In this document: piece after piece, positions 23,207 through 33,222 of the stretch | Position numbering within the stretch: position 1 is the first letter of the stretch | Layout of the letters: the number at the start of each line of letters is the position of its first letter | Origin: a virus | DNA length: 64,000 bases | IMG/VR virus record: IMGVR_UViG_3300029267_006021 | Direction: 5' to 3' (one strand) | Translations under genes and position numbers: made by a program | Notes under the pieces: generated by a model | Databases searched by the model: none | What the model saw: the letters and a program-made list of their open reading frames with translations, nothing else | What the model was told of the DNA's origin: nothing

Positions 23207-23512
23207 TGCGCGAGGCGGGAATCGAACCCGCACGGGCGATTAAGCCCAGCGGATTTTCTTACCACTACAGCTTTCGCTGCCAGTTTAAAAACTGTTTGTG
23301 GTCTGGACTTTCTCTTCACCATAGTCATCTGACCTTAGGTGCGCCCCGTAAAGTCTCTACACTCACCAAATATTCTTTGGTTAGCTCGGGATTACCATCA
23401 GCATTACCTGTTAAGGCTTCCCCGAATTAGGGGCGTCCACTTCACATGTTTCCATATGAAGGCTCAAATTAGAGCACCAAGTCCGCTGTGTCTTCCTTTC
23501 CACCACTCGCGC
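23207..23512 (-). tRNA. trnL: tRNA-Leu(UAA) interrupted by a group I intron
   Basis: 5' exon 23479-23512 (GCGCGAGTGGTGGAAAGGAAGACACAGCGGACTT) and 3' exon 23207-23257 (AAAATCCGCT...GGTTCGATTCCCGCCTCGCGCA) splice to anticodon loop CTTAAAA. Confidence 0.95.
23258..23478 (-). ncRNA. Group I self-splicing intron (IC3-like, 221 nt, no ORF)
   Basis: Follows U34 and ends in G; core elements AATTCGGGGAAGCC (P), AATCCCGAGC (Q), TGTAGAGACT (R), AAGAGAAAGTCC (S). Confidence 0.92.
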
Positions 23513-23517
23513 AAAAA

Positions 23518-24416
23518 TTAACTCTTTGGCCCATCTTTTTCATAGTCAAAATCATCGTCACCTGGAACAACTTCTTCTCCACAAATCTTACATTTATTAC
23601 TCTCGGTTATCTGATGAGTATACTTGATATATTTACATTTTTTGCAATAAAATACAGGTTCTACTTCTTGAGGAACATCTGCATATGGGTCAAAATCGTC
23701 GTCATCAGCATCATCGTCATGTGATGATCGAGTGACTGCCAAACAAACGGCAGTCATATTTTCCATAATCAAATACTCTGGCATATCTCCAGTATCAATA
23801 CGCTGAATACATTCAACGAACTCTTCTTTTCGAGAACGAAGAACGGCCATATACTTCTGGCAGGTCTTAAAGATATCTTCATAAATAGGATCCAATACTT
23901 TCTTCGCATGTTCCCCTGATTCATAAAGTTTGTCCCACTTAGCCAACCTTTCAATAGCATTTCCAAGTTTAAAAACCATCTTTAGGATAGGTTCTTCCAA
24001 GAATTCAGCAAAGTCAACCGGAGTATCTTCTTCAGACGCCTTGAAAAGTTTATTGAGCGCTTCGAAATTATCTGGAGTTTTCATCAAACTCTCTCTTTAT
24101 TTTTTCGAGTTTCTCGACAGTCTTCTTAAGGGCTGGAAGATGTTCCCAACCAAGCTGAATAGCATCATCTGTGAAAGCATCTGTGATAGTGAAAAAATGG
24201 GTTTCAGCTTCCGTTCTTAAGAACTCGCCTTCTTTAAACTTCTTGAACATCTAAAAATCTTCCAATAATGCGTTTAATTGTCTCATTATATGATTGATTC
24301 TTAGAATCAATCAAAGTCGTTTCTAGATCTTTTAATAGACCAGAAAGATTTTCTTTGGGAACATGCTTCTTAATGATATCAATAATCTTGTCGACTGTTT
24401 TGTACGGAGATGCCAT
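23518..24416 (-). other. Three hypothetical genes (23518-24087 has an acidic tract and a zinc ribbon)
   Basis: ORF track. Confidence 0.6.
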
Positions 24417-24570
24417 AATTTACAAACGTTTCCAATTGCCTTTACTTACAAATCTCACCTTACAAATGGCACAATGACCCCTCTCAGGTATACTTGCAAC
24501 ATGTTCACAGGGCCATCTAATTAAACCAATGCGAAATAACCAATACTTAATGAAGCCTCTTATCTTATCT

Positions 24571-24600
24571 ATTATACATAGGATGTATTAATTTGTTTAC
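24571..24600 (-). promoter_or_regulatory. Sigma70-like early promoter, TAAACA-N17-TATAAT
   Basis: Same architecture at 31419-31448, 36954-36983 and 61636-61665; TTGATC variant at 40572-40600. Confidence 0.7.
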
Positions 24601-25496
24601 AAAAGATTATGGTGTTTCCGAACTATCTGATTAATGTCTCGTAATGCCTGCACTGCAGCATCTGGATTCACTACTTCCTCACTTAAATTTCCATAATGCT
24701 CCTCGAGACAATGCAAGAGTAAATTCTTAATTTTTTGTTCGTTCGGTGAATAGGGAATCTTACTTTCTTCATATAATCTTTCTAAAGCATGTTCTTTTTC
24801 AGCTGCCCATTTTTCTACGTCATCCTGAGATATTTCACCTCGTCGAATGGCCTTGAGGTGCTCTCGATGCCGCATAAGATCCATATTCCCCTCACTCAAG
24901 ATTTGTTCAACCTCAAGAAGCAAGCGAACGACATGATGACCGAACTTCACATCCCATCCATATTTTTCGCGAATCTTCTCACGCTTGCTGCCTTTCTCAG
25001 GATTCTTGCCCCTTGCTTTATGAAGTTGGGAGTAGGCGTAGCCTTTAAAGCGATGCCAACACCCTTTATGTAGAAAATCTTTTCTAGCGTCTCTCACCAT
25101 ATTACCTACTCTAGTGATTTTCAGGATGCAAGCATCTGGGGCAAACAGCGAATCAAGCATATTTGGATTATTTTGCATGCATAGTTGAAAATACTTAACG
25201 ATATTATAGATTGTCAAATCATAAATCTTTCCGGCTTCGGAATCTTCGATATGATGTTTCTGGTATTGTTCAAATCTTTTCTTCTGGAGTCCAAATCCGA
25301 TGATCTCCCCACGCAAGTGCGGAAAAATAACATCCTTAGATGGAATACAAAAGCCACTCACATCCATATCTGAAAGATCATCTGAAACCCCATACATAAC
25401 ACTTCCAACCACAACTTCATATTGAGTCGCAGATTCAACTGCTTTCGGAACTTGTGCGAGCCCACGTGAAGTTACTCGCTGTACAATACTAGACAT
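24597..25496 (-). CDS. Pol-beta-superfamily nucleotidyltransferase (RlaP/YcgL-like)
   Basis: GSVMYGVSDDLSDMDV, NNPNMLDSLF, FKGYAYSQ, DVKFGHHVVRLL; likely start MSSIVQ at 25496. Confidence 0.85.
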   Translation of the reverse strand: MSSIVQRVTSRGLAQVPKAVESATQYEVVVGSVMYGVSDDLSDMDVSGFCIPSKDVIFPHLRGEIIGFGLQKKRFEQYQKHHIEDSEAGKIYDLTIYNIVKYFQLCMQNNPNMLDSLFAPDACILKITRVGNMVRDARKDFLHKGCWHRFKGYAYSQLHKARGKNPEKGSKREKIREKYGWDVKFGHHVVRLLLEVEQILSEGNMDLMRHREHLKAIRRGEISQDDVEKWAAEKEHALERLYEESKIPYSPNEQKIKNLLLHCLEEHYGNLSEEVVNPDAAVQALRDINQIVRKHHNLL

Positions 25497-26978
25497 TTCG
25501 ATCCTTCCTTGAACAACCCCCAAATTTTTCAAATGGACAATTTTTAATTTTGTCTCCAAGTTTCACTGGATTCATATGAAGAGGCAAAGAGTGCTCGGTG
25601 TCAATAAAAGTGATCTTTCCCTTAAAATGTCGAAGGAAATCTAAAGACAGATTTGTTTTTGGGGTGACTCCCGAGTAGAACTGTTTAAATAGATCCAGAT
25701 TGATCATCTTCTTTGACATCTGTCTCCTCCACTCCTGGACAAAAAAGATTTGCCCAACAATCCTTGCAAATGTTTTTGCCTTGTCTAGCCAAAAACAATT
25801 TTTCTATTAAACGTCTGTGTTGATCTTTTTTATACTGTTTTTCCTTGATCTCGCAACAAATAAAATCAGGACAGTCTTGTCCATCTTCTGGATCTCGTCT
25901 ACCATGTAGATCACATTGACCAACATTTAAATAGCAACCGCAGTCTCCAGGCTTAAAATCATAGTAATAGCAAAAATCGCAACAATGGTTTAAAACACAT
26001 TCAGCACTACAAAAACGAGAAGTATCAAAGCCCTCCTGCTCAATCTGGTCTATTTCTTCATAATAGTCTTTAGGTTCTTGGTCTTTCATGAAGTGTTCTC
26101 TTTCTTAGGATTAACCTGCCAACTGTTCGTACCATATTCTACTGCCCAATCAATTGCCCCATAGACCATTTCATGATCGACTGTTGGGTCTTCTTTCTCA
26201 ACAATCTCAAAACTTGCCTCAGCTAAGGTCTCTTCTGAAAAATCGTCTAGATCATCCAGTTTGTTCCACCTCAAAAAATCTCTATAAGCAATATCGTTTG
26301 CGCCCTGCCATTTAAATTCAGATTCCCACTTTTCTAATAATTCTACTGCTCTTCTTTCAATCTCTTGAGGAGATTCTTTGAGATCATCAACCCAAACTGA
26401 ATAAGGTGAAATCTCAAATCTCTCACCACTATGAATCATGAATCTTCTCATCATGAGCCTCTTAAATTAACTCCCAAACCTTAGTGCCTTCCTTAATTTT
26501 AAAATCAAAAGTATAAGGGTTTTCTTTTAAAACTTTAGTTACTCTAGTTCTTTGTTCATCTAAATCATAGACAATTTCTTGCGTTTTCATAGGCCCATTT
26601 TGAAGTAATAAAACCCGAATTTGATCAAATAGTTCTTCGTTTTTCACAATGCTCTAACCTTAAACGTATCTCGTTTCTCATGAAGATGAAACAAAGGATC
26701 TTCTGGAAGATGAAAATTGAATTTTAATCATTGATTCCCTCGAAGTATTGCTTGCAAGATTCATTCAATTCATCAGTTTGCTTAGCAGCATTCAACAAAC
26801 TGTAGGCCAACTTACGAGCCTCTAAGGCCGTCAAATCAATCTGGGCCTTTTTCACATGCCCATGAATTGAAATTCCAGGTCTGACCCCCTCGAGCAAAAA
26901 GACCACTCTATCATTTACGCACAAAAGCACATCTGGACCGTCACCCCAAGTACAAGATGCGCTTAACTCATTTCCCAT
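25489..26978 (-). other. Cluster of small hypothetical genes
   Basis: ORF track; 26462-26647 looks winged-helix-like. Confidence 0.6.
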
Positions 26979-27002
26979 AACTATTATCTCTCAAAATCAT
27001 AA

Positions 27003-27076
27003 CACCCTGAGCAGGACTCGAACCTGCAACCCCTGGATTAGAAATCCAGTACTCTCTCCAATTGAGCTACCAGGGC
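27003..27076 (-). tRNA. tRNA-Arg(UCU)
   Basis: CTGGA-TTTCTAA-TCCAG anticodon arm; canonical cloverleaf. Confidence 0.95.
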
Positions 27077-27515
27077 TATTGACCAAATGTATCTTTAAAT
27101 GCTTCGTGAAGTACATTAAATTCTATTACAGTGAGTCTATTTTTAAGACGATTTAAAATCTTCTTTTTAATGTGATACTCTTTCATTTCTTTTTGATAAA
27201 TTTCTAGCACTTGAGTGCGATACCAAGCAACAAACAACTTTTTCAGCCAACAACCTGTGCCAGAACAACTCCTACAAGTGAGATACCATTAGCTAAAGCA
27301 CATGGCTTTCTTTGTTTTGATCTTGTAATTTGATTCATAAAAGCATGTTCCCCAAGCCCAGGTTGAAAAGATAGAGAGGTAATCTTACCATATCCGTCAC
27401 AGTGAACACAAGGGTATTTACCATCTTTTGGAAGTCTTCCAAGACTTCTAAAAACACGAGCCTCTTCTAAATTTTTGTAGGTTTTCTGTGGTTTTTTAAT
27501 TTTTAAAGCTTTCAT
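27076..27515 (-). pseudogene. CxxCxGxG zinc-finger gene split by a 101-bp insertion
   Basis: Removing 27278-27378 restores ...CVHCDGYGKITCRSCSGTGCWLKK... in a 112-aa open frame. Confidence 0.85.
27278..27378 (-). mobile_element. Non-autonomous IS200/IS605-type mini-element (omegaRNA-like), copy 2
   Basis: Inserted 3' of TTAC, no target duplication, terminal hairpin CCATGTGC-TTTA-GCTAATGG, ends in TCAC. Confidence 0.8.
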
Positions 27516-27922
27516 TTTTTGGATCCCAAGAAGGATGCCCACAAATCTGTTTGATATCTGAAGAACCGCATTTTACACAAGTACCATTCCAGGTGTGGGG
27601 ATGATGTTCAAAAACATTAAATTCTGTTTTGCATTTATTACAAACAAAAATAGGTTCTTGATTACACATCTATTTGTGTTCCTCAAAACTAAATGAAAAC
27701 TTATCAGGTAGATTATCAATAACCTTAAAAGTGTACCATTTGTTAAAACATTCTTTGCAAAGAGGCACTACTGTATAGTTACCATGAAATTGCAGAATCT
27801 CTGCTCTATTTGTACATTTGCCATTCGCACATTTCCGAATTTCTGACCAAGATTTCCCACAAATTCGTTTAGCCATTTCAGAACGATAATCATAAAAAAC
27901 CATTTAAAAAGCCTTTCAAATT

Positions 27923-28207
27923 TTAAATAGATTGGGTTGTTTCACAGACAACCCAATCTATCATTTCTTTAAAAAATTTCAATTTCTGATTGTGCGAAAG
28001 TTTTTTGATCCTTGCTTCATATTTAGAAGCTATAGAACGATTTTCAACTTTAAAAGAATCTATTAATTTTACAGGACGTCTGCTTCTCGTATACTTACTC
28101 CCTGTGCCATTGTTATGCTGTATTAATCGTTTATTTAGATTTTTTGTGATACCTGTATAGTAAGTTCCGTCTCTGCATTCGAGTAAATAAACAAAATACA
28201 TAATCAA
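27923..28207 (-). CDS. GIY-YIG nuclease (UPF0213-like)
   Basis: YFVYLLECRDGTYYTGIT..RLIQHNNGTGSKYTRSRRPV. Confidence 0.9.
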   Translation of the reverse strand: MIMYFVYLLECRDGTYYTGITKNLNKRLIQHNNGTGSKYTRSRRPVKLIDSFKVENRSIASKYEARIKKLSHNQKLKFFKEMIDWVVCETTQSI

Positions 28208-28239
28208 AAGGCAGGAAGATGCAAGCTAAGCTATGAGCC

Positions 28240-29130
28240 CTAAGGCTCATAGTCCCGGTTATATCTCCCGGACACCCTCCTGTCTTTAAAATTGCACTCA
28301 TTTTGTTTAGGTCCGAAGACTGCTTTAAAATCTTCCCCAATAGATTTCCAATCTGAAGCAAGGGCTTCTTGATTTGTTCTATTTAAAATGCTATGGACAT
28401 TTGGGTTGTGAAGGCCACCCGAAAGATCAAAAAGCGAACCTATACCTTTAAAGAAATCTCTTATTTTCTGCATTATTTAAATCTCTTAAATTCTAACATT
28501 TATTTTACAAAGATTTAACGTTTTAGCCAATGGAGATGTTCAGAAATCTCGTTTGCTTTAACAATCTTATGTGAACTCATCTCTTCGTATATGTGAGATC
28601 CCCAAACTCTAATAACTTCAACTATACCATCTAGATTAAGCCAAATAGAAAGTTTCTTCTTGTTGAGCCAAACTTCTAAAATTGTTTCTTTTTCCTCAGT
28701 GGTAGAGATGAAGAATTCTAAGTTCTCATCTTTTAAAATTTTCTGTATAATTTCTAACATTGTGAATCTCTGGTATTAGCCAAAATGTTAATGGTCAAAT
28801 CATCGGATAAGTTGTATGTCCAGAATGAATAATTTGAAGACGCAAAGTGATAGAATGCACAGAGCCAAAAGGAAGTACAATAACAACCCCATTGTCTCCT
28901 TCGCGATAACAATCAAATTTAATTTCTTCATCTATTCGAGCAAAATAACTTGCTAAAAAATTCTTAAGTTCTAAAATGAAAGATATATAGAAGGTTGGCT
29001 TCATTAGAAGACCTTCATAGCGATTAAAAAACTCATTAAGATCTTTCTTGAATTTTTCTAAGCCTGCACTTAGAAAAATTTCATAACGAGCTTCAGGTGT
29101 TAAAGGATTTGGATTTTTAAGTGTGTTCAC
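28240..29130 (-). other. Small hypothetical genes
   Basis: ORF track (28240-28473, 28515-28760, 28795-29130). Confidence 0.6.
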
Positions 29131-29287
29131 TGTCCAAATACCTTAAAAAAGCAGTTGCGATTTCTTTCTTTATCAAAAGGTGTGCTTCATGGTCGTTGAA
29201 ATCACCAATACGATGTTTGGTTGCTTCTTATATGATTTCTTGGACTTCTTTTTTGATTTGTTCACGGTTCATGAATGCCCTCCTAAT

Positions 29288-29374
29288 TGGTGGAGGCGGC
29301 GGGAATCGAACTCCCAAGGGCTATTAACCCCGGCTGTTTTCAAGACAGCTGCCTTACCGTTAGACTACACCTCC
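29288..29374 (-). tRNA. tRNA-Ser(UGA), aberrant T-stem, encoded CCA
   Basis: GCTGT-CTTGAAA-ACAGC anticodon arm, long variable arm, ends CCTCCACCA. Confidence 0.85.
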
Positions 29375-29582
29375 GTTTTCAATCTTCTAATAACATGATT
29401 AACGTTTTTAAGACCTTCGTATAAATTATAAGTAGTTCTTATAGCAGGTAAAAGCATACGATTTTCTTTTGCAATCCTGATAATAGGTTCTTGGCCGACT
29501 TCTCGAAGTTGTTCTTTGAAAAAATCAGATTGTTTCTGGTCTTCTGCGTAAAGAACTAAGATTTCCATTATCATCTCCTATC

Positions 29583-29658
29583 TGGTACCGGGGCCGGTCA
29601 CGATCCGGCACTTCTGGCGTATGAAACCAGCGTGCAGAGCCAACTACACCACCCCGGC
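29583..29658 (-). tRNA. tRNA(CAU) (Met or Ile2), atypical T-loop, encoded CCA
   Basis: CTGGT-TTCATAC-GCCAG anticodon arm; T-arm GCCGG-ATCGTGA-CCGGC. Confidence 0.85.
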
Positions 29659-29929
29659 TTATGTTTTGCTCGTTGAAATATTTCGAGTTATTCGATTCAA
29701 CCATAACTGAATACCCGCTTTTTGCATCTCTAACAAATGATGGAGTTCTTTTAACAAATCCTCATAGTCTCTCTTATATGATACGACCAAGATACTCTCG
29801 TCATAACCTAGATGTAAACTGTAACCTTTTACAGCATGATGATTAACAATGTAACCCGCTGTTTCAGTACCTTCTATTGGATAAGGTAGTTTAATGGGTG
29901 TAAGATCAGCGTTCATTAGTACCTCCTAA

Positions 29930-30002
29930 AGCTCCCAGTCGGAATCGAACCAACAACCTACGCCTTACAAAGACGCCGCTCTGCCAGTTGAGCTATGGGA
30001 GC
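29930..30002 (-). tRNA. tRNA-Thr(UGU)
   Basis: GCGTC-TTTGTAA-GGCGT anticodon arm; canonical D and T arms. Confidence 0.95.
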
Positions 30003-30780
30003 GTGATCTTTAAAGTAAATTAAAGCGATCTTTAACAACTTTACCATTTAAGATAATTAAATCAGCTTGATACTGTACTCTTGTTGGAAGATTTTTTAAA
30101 GACAACTTCGGGCCGGATCTCGAATAAACTTTACAAGTTTTCATTTGAGCCTCTTTTTAATCTTTAAATTCTACAAAGGCGGCATCATGGTAGCCTTGTT
30201 TTAAAGCAGACTCTGAAATAAGAATAATTCGTGAATTCTCGCACCAAATTTCTCTAGTTGAAACCTTGTCTAAAGTATAACCCATTTCTCTTAAAACTGA
30301 TAAAAGCATTGGCTGAATGAATGAGATTCTTTCCCAAATAGGAACCACACATACAATAGTTTCCTCGCCAAGACCAACCAAACCAGCAACTGTATGACAA
30401 TCGTCAAAGGTTTTTCCATTTCGACGAATACATGGATTTTTGTCTTGATGTAGTTGATCAAGATCAGTCTTCAATCTCATCCTCCTTTGAAGGAGCTCCG
30501 CCATGACCATTAGAACATACAATTCCAGATGGTGTTTTAAATTGGGATTCACCACAAACAGAACAGTGAGTGCCAGTGTAGTCTAAGGATAAAGAGGGTT
30601 CACCGGAAGCAAAATTATGCTGATCTTTATCTAAATGCCATCTTTGAATAAACTTTGTGAGAAGAATATCAAACTCCCTACAAAAAGAACTTCGAACACT
30701 TGAAGTATACCTCAAAGCATATTTTAATTCATCTAAAATCTGAACAAGTTGTTGATTCTTCTGGATTGGTTCTATATACA

Positions 30781-31089
30781 TTAATTGACTCTTTCAATAT
30801 TCACAACCTTACCAAAAACATTATTTATTGAAGTCCATCCATTCAAATGTCCTTTATTATTACCAATAAGAACCTGGCCTTTTCGAAGACCTTTAACTAA
30901 ATGCAAATAATCATTCCCATTCACGCGAACTAGTACAATGTCTCCTCGAGTTAAAGTTAGTGGGTCACATGGAACTAATGTTACATTATCTCCACTAGAA
31001 ATCTTTGGTTCCATTGAAGAACCTTTAGGTTTTATTGCAATTGTTTGCCCATTTTTAAGTGCTTCAATTGCGTGAAGTGCCCAACTCAT
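30781..31089 (-). CDS. S24/S26 peptidase-like protein
   Basis: GSSMEPKISSGD...GDIVL...HLVK motif. Confidence 0.75.
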   Translation of the reverse strand: MSWALHAIEALKNGQTIAIKPKGSSMEPKISSGDNVTLVPCDPLTLTRGDIVLVRVNGNDYLHLVKGLRKGQVLIGNNKGHLNGWTSINNVFGKVVNIERVN

Positions 31090-31336
31090 TTTTCTTTCTT
31101 ATCCACCATCAACCCAAGTAGACTCAATACATACTCTTTAGATACTTTACTTGTGATGAACAAATCAAAAACGCAGTAACTTACAACAAAACAAAAAATA
31201 GTAGTTTCAGTTAATTTAGAAATTTCTGAAGTGATAGATACAAAATCTGCGACAGAATATTGGTTCTCATCTATTCGAACACTTAAATGTAGCCGCCGCA
31301 AGTTTTAATCTCTAAAATACTCTTTTGACCCATTTA

Positions 31337-31410
31337 TCGGGGCGACTGAATTTGAATCAGCGACCTCCTGGTCCCAAACCAGGCGCTCTGCCAAGCTGAG
31401 CTACGCCCCG
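31337..31410 (-). tRNA. tRNA-Pro(UGG)
   Basis: CGGGGCG acceptor; CCTGG-TTTGGGA-CCAGG anticodon arm. Confidence 0.95.
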
Positions 31411-31429
31411 TCTATAACATTATACAAAG

Positions 31430-31458
31430 AACAAGACCAGATGTTTACTGGTCTTATT
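31430..31458. terminator. AAGACCAG/CTGGTCTT hairpin overlapping an early promoter
   Basis: Near-identical hairpin at 35194-35225. Confidence 0.65.
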
Positions 31459-31478
31459 GAATGTTCGCTATTGAATGT

Positions 31479-31742
31479 TTAGTCTTCACCTGTGAAAACT
31501 TGTTCACCTTTTTGTTTTAGAACTGTATTATTATACCACATGGCCATGCCACGTACTGACGCGTCATTGCTTTTCATGGCTTTTTCAACGCAGGATTTAC
31601 AAGGACCTTCAAAACCTTGCCGTTTGCAATATGTAGTGAATCTTCCTTCTTTAAGATCCTTAGGCCAACCATCATCTTTGGCTTTCTTAGATAATTGCTT
31701 TAAATTAAGAGCAATCTTTTTGAGTTCTCTAATGGGATTCAC
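31479..31742 (-). CDS. Late small protein with LKK(I/L)A leader
   Basis: MNPIRELKKIALNLKQLSKKA... Confidence 0.65.
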   Translation of the reverse strand: MNPIRELKKIALNLKQLSKKAKDDGWPKDLKEGRFTTYCKRQGFEGPCKSCVEKAMKSNDASVRGMAMWYNNTVLKQKGEQVFTGED

Positions 31743-31754
31743 TAGATAGATCTT

Positions 31755-32240
31755 TTAAAAATTTGAAAGACCCATTTGACGACGCTCTTCCATTCGCTCT
31801 TCATAATCAGATGGGACATAGTAATCAATTTCCTTGGTTTCTTCTCTATCTATTTTTGTTTCTTCTTCGACCTCCTTAACCCAATTTTTGAAACCTTTGT
31901 CTATACCGTCTAAAATTTCTTCCGCGGATACTAAAATTGTCTCTTTTTCGCCTACAGTGTATATATTCGGATGATCATACGCCTCGAGTGGGTCATCACC
32001 GTAAGTTATTAAAGCATTTGTCCCTTCTTCTGATTCTATTGCTTCTTGAACTTCATCTGAAGTTACTTTTTTGCCTTCTGAAACATAATCGTCTTCCTGA
32101 TAGAGGAAATACCACTGATTGCCTCTTTTTACATATGTATGTGTACAAATAGGAGTATCAATAACAACCCAAGTTGTTTTGATTGGATCAAAATTTGCTA
32201 GCTGTGCAGCAAGTTTTTTAAGTGCCTTGATTGTATTCAT
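31755..32240 (-). CDS. Late acidic protein with LKKLA leader
   Basis: MNTIKALKKLAAQLA...; late-type box at 32276-32288. Confidence 0.65.
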   Translation of the reverse strand: MNTIKALKKLAAQLANFDPIKTTWVVIDTPICTHTYVKRGNQWYFLYQEDDYVSEGKKVTSDEVQEAIESEEGTNALITYGDDPLEAYDHPNIYTVGEKETILVSAEEILDGIDKGFKNWVKEVEEETKIDREETKEIDYYVPSDYEERMEERRQMGLSNF

Positions 32241-32495
32241 TTAGGGACCCTTAAAATTACTCATTTAAAATAAGTATTAATGAATTATTAAAATAAAATC
32301 ATGACTACACAGTTTCTTCTGGACCTATTTCTCTTTGCTCTTGAAAACCGCAATCAAAACATTGAATACCTAAAATCAAACAACCAAAGGATCTTTTGTT
32401 ATCCCTGGTTCCTTTATACTCTCGAAAACGTATTGTGCTAACAAGTTTTGAATTGCATTTTGAACACTTAAACCCTTCTTTCTGTTTGGGCATCT

Positions 32496-32951
32496 TTAAC
32501 TTCCTTTGAAAGGTCGAATTGTTTTTGTTTGAGCGCGTGTTTTCTTCAGGCGTCTGCGTGCTCGAATTTCTTTGCGAATCATCATTAGACGGCCAAGTAT
32601 CTGATTACAAGGAGCACACATCGTTCTGGTGTTATCTAAGTCACGTGAACCCATTTTTGCTTTGGGTTTGATATGGTCAACCGTGAATTCTATTAGTTTC
32701 GCTGTCCAACTATCTACTCCATAGAGAATAAGAACATGGCCTTCATTTTCTTTGTGGTAGTTTAAGGAAAAGTAGGGCGCTTTCAAACCACACAGATGAC
32801 ATTGTGTACCATTCTGCTTGAAAGATCTGAGTCTAAAAGAATTTCCTTTAACCTGTATGTTACCGATTTTAATCCATCTCACAGGGACCTGATCTAAGAT
32901 CTCTTCGATCTCGTGATCTGAAATGTGTACTAGGTATTTTTTCTTGTTCAT
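32496..32951 (-). CDS. HNH endonuclease-like protein
   Basis: CHLCG...FTVDHIKPKAKMG..DLDNTRTMCAPCN. Confidence 0.8.
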   Translation of the reverse strand: MNKKKYLVHISDHEIEEILDQVPVRWIKIGNIQVKGNSFRLRSFKQNGTQCHLCGLKAPYFSLNYHKENEGHVLILYGVDSWTAKLIEFTVDHIKPKAKMGSRDLDNTRTMCAPCNQILGRLMMIRKEIRARRRLKKTRAQTKTIRPFKGS

Positions 32952-32955
32952 ATAA

Positions 32956-33028
32956 CTCGGGAGGAAGGGTTTGAACCTTCAACCTTCCGGGTCAAAGCCG
33001 GACGTTCTGCCAATTGAACTACTCCCGA
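32956..33028 (-). tRNA. tRNA-Gln(UUG)
   Basis: TCCGG-CTTTGAC-CCGGA anticodon arm; U1-A72. Confidence 0.95.
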
Positions 33029-33065
33029 TCATCTTCTTTAGGAATCTCGCGATATTTAAGATTAA

Positions 33066-33222
33066 GTTAGGACACCAGACTTACGCCTCGTCACCTAGGC
33101 AACTTCAAGAGAAGTTTGCTTTTGTTTGTTAGCAACATAAGCTACTAACTCACTCATCTTAACCCCACTTCTTTCAAAGTCAGGTAGCCTTATTCTCTTT
33201 GGGTTAGACGTAAACCCACTAG
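33066..33222 (-). ncRNA. Predicted omegaRNA of TnpB-1 (scaffold overlaps the gene's 3' end; guide about 33066-33085)
   Basis: Conserved at nucleotide level with 38439-38573, including a compensatory stem change; identity ends after TAGGTGACnnGGCGT. Confidence 0.7.

Noticed and set aside
27243-27542. 99-aa ORF as annotated in the track
   Set aside because: Its C-terminal half is read-through into the inserted mini-element; the real gene is the interrupted zinc finger.
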